In this document: in pieces, positions 49,759 through 61,100 of the stretch
Layout of the letters: every line of letters starts with the position of its first letter
Position numbering within the stretch: the stretch's first letter is position 1
Assembly: GCF_000143415.4 (NCBI RefSeq)
Contig: NW_003314277.1
Span: forward strand, 2,282,633-2,346,632
Length of the DNA: 64,000 nucleotides
Reading direction: 5' to 3'
DNA from: Selaginella moellendorffii
Taxonomy: Eukaryota; Plantae; Lycopodiophyta
Translations under genes and position numbers: made by a program
Notes under the pieces: model-generated
What the model saw: only the letters and a program-made list of their open reading frames with translations
Databases searched by the model: none
Told to the model about the DNA's origin: nothing

Positions 49759-52700
49759 TGTAGCGCACCTGAATTTGGAGCCGAACTCCAAGCCCGTTGC
49801 GCTATGAAACGAGGGTCCGGTACAATCCCACGAGCACCAGCTCCCCGTATCCAGCACCTGCACGCAAAATGGTGTCAGACGGAGTCTGGCACAATTTTGG
49901 CATACCGGTGGCCTAACGTGAGGAGGAGGGTACTCCACCGACTAGAGCAGCGTGGAGCTTAGGCTTAGACCCAAGTCGGACGCAGAACAAGGAGCGACAC
50001 AGCCCAGCGGGAGCCAAACTAATGTCTCAGGTGGTCGGACATGCATTCCAACCACTATCTCTACTATACATTTGGAACCCCCCACAGCCCCCCCCCCTTG
50101 AGGGNNNNNNNNNNNNNNNNNNNNNNNNNNNNNNNNNNNNNNNNNNNNNNNNNNNNNNNNNNNNNNNNNNNNNNNNNNNNNNNNNNNNNNNNNNNNNNNN
50201 NNNNTCCTTGGATTGCGAATTTGGACACAGGACGAACACTATTGTGTTCAGGCCGATCTCTACATTCCGTAAATATGCCAAATGAGCTAATCTAGACACT
50301 TTCCTTAAATAGCATTTGGGACCGAAATGAGACCAAAACAACAAAGGGCGTGATAGCGAGGGTGTTTGGCAGACACGGTAAGCTATCATTTAATGAATAT
50401 TGAGGGACTAGTCTCAATATCGCGGGGGTTCTTGACACTAGCAAGTGCAAGCCAATGACAGGAGTTTCTCAAACCAGGCCGAGTATGCTCAGCAAGAAAC
50501 ACATAGGGTTCCTACCTTATGTTTATCCGATTTAAGTACACGGTCATTGACCAGTTTCACAACTAGCTCAAGTGGGAAAAATAAAGGGAACCAACTGTAC
50601 CGACCTTCTGCCGTTATGGCAGTAAGGAAAGAGTGTCCGTAAGGACTGACCGACAAGTATCTTTCGATACCTGAAGTCACATTCGCGACACTCTCCCCCC
50701 CTTGGGGAAGATCGATGTCCTCGTCGATGCATACCCGAGTCTAGCAAACCGTCAAAGAAACAACTCTGAAAGTTAACGGAAAGCACACTATGTGGGAAAC
50801 GCACCGACTTAAATGAGTTATGGAACGACCTCTCCTCTACGTCCAAAGACGTTAAGACTCAAACACCCTCCGGCCGTCACCGACAAAGAAATGACTAGCA
50901 AAGTTAGCCACCCTTGCTGCTCCGAGTACCACTCGGCTTACAAAGGAATGATACATCCCTGCCCGTAGGGACATAGGGAGAGGGCCAGAGGCCCAACTTC
51001 CCCTGAGCAAGAAATCAACCCCGTCGGGAAGATTTAGATAACTACTATAAACTGGCAGATTAAGTTGTTTACACGACCACGCCCCTTTTCGAAAATGAGT
51101 CATCGAGAGAGAGGCGGGGACTTGTGATCAGTCTATAATAGTTATCCCCATGGTTATGGATTGGACCCATGCACCGAAGTGCCGAAGTCAGCCTGCCAAA
51201 ACTGACCCAAGTACTAATGAACGAGAGAAACGACACTTTGATTATAGAAATATAGTATTTTATTAATTTGCAAGATTTATTACAAGATTTACAAAAGCTA
51301 GTTTTTATTACGATTCTCATACTCCGTGACAAGCTCACGAGCATGTGTAAGATTACTAAGAGGTTCCCAAGTTGATTCACAAGTTGGATAACCTTTCCAC
51401 TTAACTAGATATTCCTTGGAACGACCACCACGAGCTTTGCGAGATAAGAGAATCGTTTCGACCTCATACTCCATGTCACCATTCACAACCTCCGGAGGGG
51501 GACGAATGTCCACAGAGCGATCCATAGCAACATGATATGGTGCTAGTAAACTAACATGAAACACATCATGTACATTGGACAACTCATCCAGAAGATCCAA
51601 CTTATAGGATACATCACCAACTGGTTTCACCACCCGATAGGGTCCAACATATCTTGGCAATAATTTCCGAGATAAACACCCCTTAATGTTCAAGTTGCGG
51701 GAAGATAGCCAGACCTGATCTCCCACTTGATAGGATACATCCCGCCGATGCTGATCCTTATCACGTCGATACCTATCTTGAGCTTTGCCTATCGCCTCAG
51801 TTTCTCTAGACCAACCTTGACGTAGCTGCTCCGCATAAGTCTCAACGGCCGGGACCAACACTTCGGACATTGGTTTCGGTACAGCAATCTGTTGAGGAAC
51901 CCCACGAGCATTTCCTTGCAACATCTCCCATGGAGAACAGCCGATAGCACTGTGAAATGTGTTGTTATAACATATTTCTGTTGTATCCAAATGCTCAACC
52001 CAGTCGCGTTGGTCCACTGCGACATAGTATCACAGATAATCCTTGACTTGAGCATTCACGCGTTCGGTCTGCCCATCAGTTTGAGGATGATAATCCGTAC
52101 TAAACTTCAACTTGGTACCAAACAACTGGAACAGTGTGCCCCAAAACTTCCCCGTAAACCTCGAATCCCTATCTGAGATCATCTCTTTAGGGAGACCACG
52201 AACCCACACTACTTCATGGAAAAAGAGTTTTGCTGCTTGTTTTGCATTCACTGTTCCCACAGTTGGAATGAAGTGTGCAATTTTCGACAACCGATCCACA
52301 ACCACCATCAAAGTATCATAACCCTTAGACTTCGGCAAGCAAGTGACGAAATCAAGTGTCACACTTTGAAATGGCCATGCCAGTGCTGGAATGCACTGCA
52401 ACTTTCCAGCCTGCTTCTCAGCTTTGCGCTTACATTGCTGGCATATAGGGCAGGAACGGACATAGTCCACTACATCACCTTCCATACCAGACCAGAAAAA
52501 TCCCTTTTTCAACGAAGCTAGTGTCTTTCGCTGTCCACCATGTCCCACTGCTGGAACATCATGATGTTCCCGCAAAAATAACTGCTGCAGATCCTTAGAG
52601 GGAAGATACAATCTTTCTTGCTTATAGAATATAAGCCCATCCTGAACTGAGAAGTGAAGTTTCGCATTAGTGTGACTAGCAACTTTTGCTGCTTCGCTAC

Positions 52701-55700
52701 CAGGGCTCTGCTTCAACAACCCCGCTCGACATAAGATTGCCTTTGCCAATGGGTCATGTCCATATGAAGCCCGAACGTCTTCCAACCAATCTGAACTGAT
52801 TGCCGATATTGCCCGGAATTGAGCCTGACGACTCAATGCATCCGGAACAACATTGTCTTTACTAGGTTTATATATGATTTCCATATCATATCTAGCAAGC
52901 TTCTCTTGCCAACGAGCCTGCTTCGGCGTAAGCTTAGGCTGCGTAGCAAAGTAGCTTAGTGTGTTACTATCTGTATAAACCTTAGTGTGTCCACCCAAGT
53001 AGTGTCTCCAGTGTTCCAGGGCCGACACTATAGCAAACATCTCTTTTTCATGCGTTGGCCATCTTCGTTGGGTTTCATCCAATTTCTTGGAATAGAACGC
53101 AACGGGACAACCATGTCGCCTTAGCGTAACACCAACGGCTTTGTCACAATCTTGCTGTAACACGGCACCAATAGCATAACCAAATGCATCACAATGCACT
53201 TCGAAGGGTTTATCAAGATCCGGGATCCTGAGAACAGGAACCGTAGTCAAGATCTCCTTCAATCGTACAAAAGTACGCTGACAAGCTAGTGTCCAATGAA
53301 ATAGAATATTGCTCTTCGTCAACTCAGTCAACGGAAGAGCAATTCTTGCAAAATTGCGGACAAACTTGCGATAGTATCCCGCCAAACCGAGAAAGGAACG
53401 AACATCAGATACAGTGGTCGGGACTTCCCAGGACTTCACCGCTTCCACCTTTTTTGGATCGACCTCAATCACGCCACCACCAACTATATGTCTGAGAAAG
53501 TTTACGCGCAATTGACCAAAAGTGCATTTACTTTCCTTAGCATACAGTTTGTGTTCGCGCAACTTTTGAAACACCAGCTCCAAGTGTTTCAAATGATCCT
53601 CCAACGTTTCACTAAAGACTAGAACATCATCGATGTATAGGACAACAAATGCGTCCAAATAATCTTCGAATATTCTATCCATCATAGTGCTGAACGTTGC
53701 CGGAGCATTGCATAACCCGAACGGCATGACAAGGAACTCATAAGATCCATACCGAGTCTTAAAGGCTGTCTTCTCCACATCCTGATCCGCCACCCGTATC
53801 TGATGATACCCGGACCGCAAATCAAGTCGCGTAAAATACTTAGCCTTTAAGAGTTGGTCAAACAAGTCATCAATGCGAGGCAAAGGATAACTATTTTTAA
53901 CCGTGATCTTGTTGAGTGCCCGATAGTCAATACACATCCTCATGGTTCCATCATTTTTCATAACAAAAAGGATTAGTGCTCCATAAGGTGACTTGCTGGG
54001 TCGGATATGACCTTTGTCAAGAAGCTCCGTGAGTTGCTTCTTGAGTTCAGCCATCTCCTTGATGTTCAACCGATACGGAGCTTTCGTGGGTGGTTTAGAA
54101 CCCGGAATAACCTCAATCCGATGATCAACCTCACGGCTAGGGGGTAGCCCTGGTGGCAAATCCTTCGGGAAGATATCCTGATTCTGCACCAACAACTCCA
54201 ATATCTTCTTTGGTACAAGATCAACCCCGTTGCCAATCCGAACAGAGTCACCCACATTCTCAGCTTCCATCACTTGAACCCAAAAGGTCCGACATCCCCC
54301 CTTAGTTGCTTTTTGAGCGGCCCTCGCAGTCAGGAACTTTCCATCCCAATCCTTTGAGGAACGCTTTTGCAACTAGAAGGACACATCAGGTCGTCCTTCG
54401 GACTTCAACGTGATACGACTTTGTCCAACACCATAAATCCCTTTTATATACTTGTTGAAGAAATCCATACCAAACACCATCTGAAAATCTGGTATCTTCA
54501 ACACTACCAAGTCCACTCTTTCTTTCCACTTGGATATCTTTATTGGAACATCACTCACAAATTTTCTGGCTACTTGCCCACCTTCCGCAAACCGGAAATG
54601 CATAGGCGACATTTGCTCAGCATTCAATCCTAACAACTTAACTAAGTCTTCGGACATCACGCTGTGCGTAGTTCCCGTGTCAATCATCACTCGGATTCGG
54701 TGTCCACGGACAAAGCCTACCAGATACATCAACGGATCAGTGTTTGCATTGACTGCAAGAAAAGCTTGAGGAAAGCAACGAAAGTTACTCACCTCTTCTT
54801 CCTCATAGTCTGCATTGACCAACTCGTCAACTCCTTCAGCTTCACCACCACTGTCTTCCCTCATGACATTAACCCGAGACCTTGTCTTATGCTTGTTGGG
54901 ACATTCCGAGGACCTATGTCCCGACTCTCCACAATGGAAGCAATGACCCACACTACCCGTTCCGCTAGGAGCAGGTTTTGCAGGTTGCTGCTGCTTGTAC
55001 CCACTAGGAGGAGGAACAGAGGGCCTAGGACCAGAAGAAGCTGCTGGTGGTCTCCAACCACCACCACCTTTGTTAACCGTTGCTTGTGAGCCTCCAGGGC
55101 GGAACTTACTTTCCACCCTCTGTTTCCGATCACCTTGTTTATTCCTAGAATTCCTATTCTTGTCCGAGTTACCAGCATACGGTTGCTGATATTGTTCCAT
55201 GAGTGAGTGACTAAAGGCAACTTGCTGCGCTGCCTCCTTACACTCCAGATACGTCTTCGGCTTAAACTTCAAAATCTCATTGCGAGAAAGTGAACTTAAA
55301 CCCTCCAAAAAATAACTCCGAGCATCTTCGTCACTCATATTTGCAATCATAATGCGCTTCTGAGCAAACACATTAACATAATGCATGAGATCACCTCATT
55401 GCTTTAACCGCCGCAGCTCCGCGCGAAGTCTCAGACCAAGATCATCTGGCAAGTATTTCTTACGGATACGAGACCGCATCTTGGTCCAACTCCTAGTCTA
55501 CCCTTTTATAGCACACACTTGGCGCCACCAAGTTTTGGCATGATCAGTGAGAAAGGATTGCGCGCACGCAACTTTCGTACGATCATCTACGTCTGCCGCT
55601 ATGAAGCAGTTCTCCATATCGTAGACCCAGTCTTCCAAAACCTGATAGTCCCGCATGCCTCTGAAGTTGGGTGGTTTCGGAGGCTTGAACTTTGAAACTC

Positions 55701-57129
55701 GTGCAATCGGGGGCGGTTGCAGAACTTCATCGTCCTCAGAACTTGAAGAGGAGTCTGGTTGCTTAGGCTTAGCTGGTTTGGCTGCCTCAGCTTCTTTCTT
55801 CCTCTTTTTGTTCTCCTTCTTCAATTTGCGAATCTCCTTTCGCAAATTCTTGATCTCGACTTCTTGAGCCGTACGCTGCAACGCTGCAGCATTTGGCTCT
55901 TCCTCTTCCGACTCAGCCTCTGCTTCTTCCACAACATCTCTAGCAGGAGTTTCCTCCTCTCGATTCGCCTGTCTAGAGGTTTCAGCGTCATCAGCACGGT
56001 TCCGTTTCACCATCCCGCTAGCTGCATGCATGCCTCTATCAGTCACTGAACATGCATACAACGTTCTTACCGAATGGTACAATCCAACTAATCCTACACA
56101 AGTCGCTTCGGATCTACTAGAAAAGTCTCTGCATATGCAACTTAAGTCAGAAAATTTGACAAAAGTTGGATAGGAATCGCTGAGACAATTCCTCTGATAC
56201 CAAATGTAGCGCACCTGAATTTGGAGCCGAACTCCAAGCCCGTTGCGCTACGAAACGAGGGTCCAGTACAATCCCATGAGCACTAGCTCCCCGTATCCAG
56301 CACCTGCACGCAAAATGATGTCAGACGGAGTCTGGCACAATTTTGGCATACCGGTGGCCTAACGCGAGGAGGAGGGTACTCCACCGACTAGAGCAGCGTG
56401 GAGCTTGGGCTTAGACCCAAGTTGGACGCAAAACAAGGAGCGACACAGCCCAGCGGGAGCCAAACTAATGTCTCAGGTGGTCGAACATGCATTCCAACCA
56501 CTATCTCTACTATACATTTGGAACCCCCCACAGCCCCCCCCCCCCCCCCCCTTGAGGGACACTCGCTTTGGGCTTTCACCCCAAGCCTCCCTTAGTACCA
56601 GGAGTTAGTCTTTGGGACAAGTCCGAAACTTACTAAATATGGAATGTCCTTAGATTGCGAATTTGGACACGGGACGAACACCATTGTGTTCAGGCCGATC
56701 TCTACATTCCATAGATATGCCAAATGAGCTAATCTAGACACTTTCCTTAAATAGCATTTGGGACCGAAATGAGACCAACACAAAGGGCGTGATAGCGAGT
56801 GTGTTTGGCAGACACGGTAAGCTATCATTTAATGAATATTGAGGGACTAGTCTCAATATCGCGGGGGTTCTTGACACTAGCAAGTGCAAGCCAATGACAG
56901 GAGTTTCTCAAACCAGGCCGAGTATGCTCAGCAAGAAACACATAGGGTTCCTACCTTATGTTTATCCGATTTAAGTACACGGTCATTGACCAGTTTCTCA
57001 ACTAGCTCAAGTGGGAAAAATAAAGGGAACCAACTGTACCGACCTTCTGCCGTTATGGCAGTAAGGAAAGAGTGTCCGTAAGGACTGACCGACAAGTATC
57101 TTTCGATACCTGAAGTCACATTCGCGACA
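49759..57129 (-). mobile_element. Full-length Ty3/Gypsy chromovirus: 5' LTR 56205-57129, 3' LTR 49759-50690, gag-pol ~56013-51298 with four in-frame stops
   Basis: TG..CA LTRs; TSD GCCAC (49754-58, 57130-34); PBS TGGTATCAGAGG; PPT AGGGGGGGAGAG. Protein motifs: CCHC knuckle, IDTG protease, YIDD RT, RNase H, HHCC/DDE IN, GPY/F and chromodomain YLVKWKGY..STWEP. Confidence 0.96.
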
Positions 57130-57517
57130 GCCACTGAACGAAGGAATAGTGCCAAACTCTCAAGCATGGAACTAAGGAGTGACGGAACTGAACCATGGAG
57201 CAACTCTTGAGCACACAGCCCAAGGAGCGAAGGGACAAGAGCCCGAAGCGACTTAGAATAGTCCTGGAGCAACCAGCATCCTAATGCCAGGACCAGCATG
57301 CAAAACAGAGCCAAATGGAGTCTGGCGCTATTTCGGCATACCAGTTGCCTAACGTGAAATATGGGTACTCCACCAGCTAACATGGAATGGAACTTGGGCT
57401 TAAACCCAAGCCGGATGCAGAACAAGGACAAGCACGCAAGCGGGAGCTAGACTATGCCTCAGGTTGGTCAGCCATACTTTTTGGCTTCTAGTGGAAATAA
57501 TAGTAATGATCAATATG

Positions 57518-58156
57518 TGTTGCGAATGTGACTTCAGGTATCGAAAGTTACCTGTCGGCTAGTCCTTACGGACACTCTTACCTTACTGCCACAATGGCAG
57601 GAGGTTAATATTGCTAGACCCTTTATTAGTCCCTCTTGTGCTAGAGGAGTTAATTGGGCATTTCAAGTGTACTTAGACCGGACGAGCATAAGGACGGAAT
57701 TCCTACTATTATTAACTAAGTATACTTAGCTTGGTAAGGAGTTCCTGTCTCGTTTTGTCTTGCACTGGCTAGTGACAAGAACCCTCGCGTATTAAGATTG
57801 GTCCCTCAATATTGCTACATGATAGCTTACCGTGTCTGCCAAACACCCTCGCTATTATGCCCTTTGTGTTAGTCTCATTTTGGTCCCAAATGTTATTTAT
57901 GGAAAGTGTCCAGATTTGCTCATTTGGCATATCTACAGAATGTAGAGATCGGCATGAACACAATGGTGCTCATCCCGTGTCCAAATTCATAATCTAGGGA
58001 CATTCCATATTTAGTAAGTTTCGAGCTTGTCCTAAAGACTAACTCCTGATACTAATGAAGATTTGGGGTGAAAGCCCAAAGCATGTGTTCCTCAAAGGGG
58101 GGGGCGCTGTGTGGGGTTCCAAATGTATAATAGGGATAGTGGGTAGGTCGGGCATA
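57518..58156 (+). mobile_element. Truncated opposite-orientation LTR of a related family; insertion target of the next element
   Basis: Reverse-complement similarity to 56490-57129. Confidence 0.8.
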
Positions 58157-61100
58157 TGTAAGGAACCAACTCGCCGATGTGTCGTAGGCTAAAGGAACCT
58201 CGAAAGCATGACCAAAATGACAAGGAGTTCATCGGATGGGACCAAGTCGAAGATCGAGTCCAAGACCGACTCGGAGACCGAATTCGAGATAGAGTCCGAA
58301 ATCGAGTCCGAGGCCGACTCGGGGACCGAGTTCGAGACGGAGTTCGAGATCCGAAATCGGGTCCGAGACCGAGTCCGAGGTCGAGTCCGAGGTCGGGTCC
58401 AAGATTGGGTCCGAGATTGAGTCCGAGATCGAGTTCGAAACCGAATCCGAAGTCGGATCCGAAATTGAGTCCGAGATTGAGCCAGAGACTAAGTTCAAAT
58501 ACTAATATGGGTCAAGGGGTGAAAGCCCAAAGCGTGTGTCTCCCAGGTGGGGGGGGCTGCAGGGGGTTCCAAAAGTATAGTAGGGATAGTGAGGTCCAAG
58601 AACCAGTTTTGAAGGGACTCTCCAGTGGGGCTTCCAAACCGACTTGAGGTTGAGACTGGGACCGAGGGGCCTTGGGTGGGAGTGAGTATGGACTTGGTTG
58701 GTGCCGGAGGGGCCATCCAAGGAAGTGCTCAAGAGCAGCTCTCACTCCCGAAAGGGAAATCGATTGTGGTGCTCTCGGCTCATGTGGAGTGGTGCCCCAC
58801 TTGAGTACCATGCGGCTCATTGGTCCTCGCCCTTCCTAAGGGCTTGGGCCTTCCTTTGGGATGGAAGTGGGGGGGGTAGAGGTACCCATACCAGGCCGCT
58901 AGGCCACGGTGTTTCGCCCCAACGTCCCAAAGCAAGTGTTGCACTCAAGACTTGGGATTTAGAGGGTCCCATGATCAAGTCTTGTGGTACCAAGGGATGT
59001 TAGGAACCTGGAAGCTTGGTGTGCTTGGCTGCTTGTGCTTGCGGGGAGTGTAGCCGAACCTTAAGTCCAGTCTAACCTGGGGAGGGGGATTGAGAGAGAT
59101 TGGGAATCCGTGGATGGATGGCTAACACTCCGTTGCTCGTGCAGTGAGTAGCTGAAACCAAGTAGGACCAAGTAGGAGTTGGTACCATAGGCGAGAACCT
59201 TGGCGAGGGAACTTAGCAAAAGCCAAGGCAGTGTCGGACGGATAGACGAGGTAAGTTGGCAAATTGGAAAGGAAAAATTTGTGGCTTACAATTTGGTATC
59301 GGAGCCTTTTCCTCAGTTCTAGCGAAGGATAGAGGTGGATTGCTGGGAGATGGCAAGGGCAGGGCGTAAGTGAACCCAGGCGGAGACGGAACCTCCGCCG
59401 GAGCTAGAGCCTCCGGTCGAACAAGAGGCTATGGATGAGGAATCCTTGCATGAGGAGGACTTTAGTGAGGAAACTTCCAAACAGGAGTCTGGTGGCGAGG
59501 TTCGGTCGTCCAAGGCTCGATTGGACGTGCTAGAAGGACAGTTGGCACAGACCAATGCCTTGCTAGAGACTCTCGTACGCAAGCTAAAGCGTGACGAGAA
59601 GCGGAAGAAAAAGAGAAAGACTGCGGATGCTGGCAGTGCAGAAGGTGCGGACCCTTTGGCAAGGACTGAGGCAGAACCAAACAAGGTCGAACAAACTGAA
59701 GTAGAATCAATCCCTCAGGCAGTTCCCAAGTACAAACCAAAGCCCCCACTGGTCTTCAAGAGAGTGAATGACTATAAGGTGGTGGAGGATTGGTTTTACG
59801 ATATGGAGGACTACTTCCGAGCATTGCGATTACCGAGCTTGGATAAGGTCCCATGTGCAAAACCATACTTGGCAAATAATGCCAAGTCTTGGTGGAGAAT
59901 GACGGAGGCCAACGAAGGACCAGTGGCCACTTGGGACATGATGAAGGCGAGGATCCGTGCAACATATGTTCCTCCGAATGCCACTCTACATCTGAGAGAT
60001 GATCTGAGTAGGCTGAAGCAGACTGGAACCATCCAGGAATATGTGAATGGGTTCTTGGCAAAGAGGATACTTGTCACGGACATGGGGGATATGGATGCGT
60101 TCCATGCCTTCATTTCAGGTTTGCAAACCTGGGCTCACGGTGAGGTGATGCGCTGGAACCCGACCAACTACAAGGAAGCGTTGGATGCGGCCATCAAGGT
60201 GCATTTCAACGATAACCTGCGAAAAGGGAACACGACGGGGTCGGGAGCCATGTTTAGCAAAGGGGCCAAACCAAGGGGAATGTATAGCAGGGGGAAATTC
60301 AAAAAGAGTTTCTCTAAGAATGAGTCCTCGGGGTTCCGGAAAGGCAAATCCGGTGGCCAACGAGCGAGTATGTGGGGAAGTGAAGCGAAAAGAGACAAAC
60401 CTATGAATAAGAAGGTCAAGTCGTATAGCAGTGTGGGAAACAACATATGCTACAACTGCGGTGAAGCGGGACACTTTTTGAGGGAATGTCCCTACCCGAA
60501 GAAGGCCAGAGCCAATATGGCCATCAAGTCGGGTGAAGTCCAAAATGAGGTATGTGATCCAGTCCCTAACTCAAAGTTACTCATTACACGAGCAACTTTG
60601 GTAAAGAGTCATTCGCGACATCTACTAGCCCTCCGAGGGAAGCTCGAAGGTAGCTTTGTTAAGATTCTTATTGACACTGGTGCTTCGGATAATTTTGTAG
60701 CTGCAGACATAGTCCGGCAAGCCGGACTAATGGTGCAGCAGCTAGGCGAACCAAGGACTATAGAGTTTGTTCAAGGTAGCCAAAGCACCAATGAGGTACT
60801 TCGACAAGCGAGAGTCGAAGTAGGGACATGGAAAGTAGACATGGATTTCACCGTGTTGGACATGGTGAGATTTGACGTGATCTTCGGAATGGATTGGTTC
60901 AATCAGTTCGTGGTAGCCTTGCATGGACAAGGTAGGAACCTTGTGGTACTGGCGAATGCCCAAGGAAGAAGATCTAGGGTGGAGGCCTAGGATCTAAAGG
61001 TAGGGCAAAGCAAGGCCAAAGAATCCTGCTTAAACCTGGTGTCCACGAGAGGACAACTCACTAAAGGAACTAAGGCAGCATTTTTGTGCTTACTCTCAGT

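Noticed and set aside
50700-51297. Long 3' UTR of the chromovirus as an extra ORF or hammerhead ribozyme
   Set aside because: No convincing ORF and no CUGAUGA/GAAA core seen.
53113-53148. 12-aa insertion in RNase H of the first chromovirus ([12 protein letters not shown]) as a possible intron
   Set aside because: It is in-frame, and no GT-AG boundaries restore the consensus.
58177-58647. Repetitive ORFs (SPRS/DRVR) as a protein, or a CRISPR-like array
   Set aside because: This is a tandem 6/12-bp repeat inside an LTR, with no unique spacers, in a eukaryotic context.
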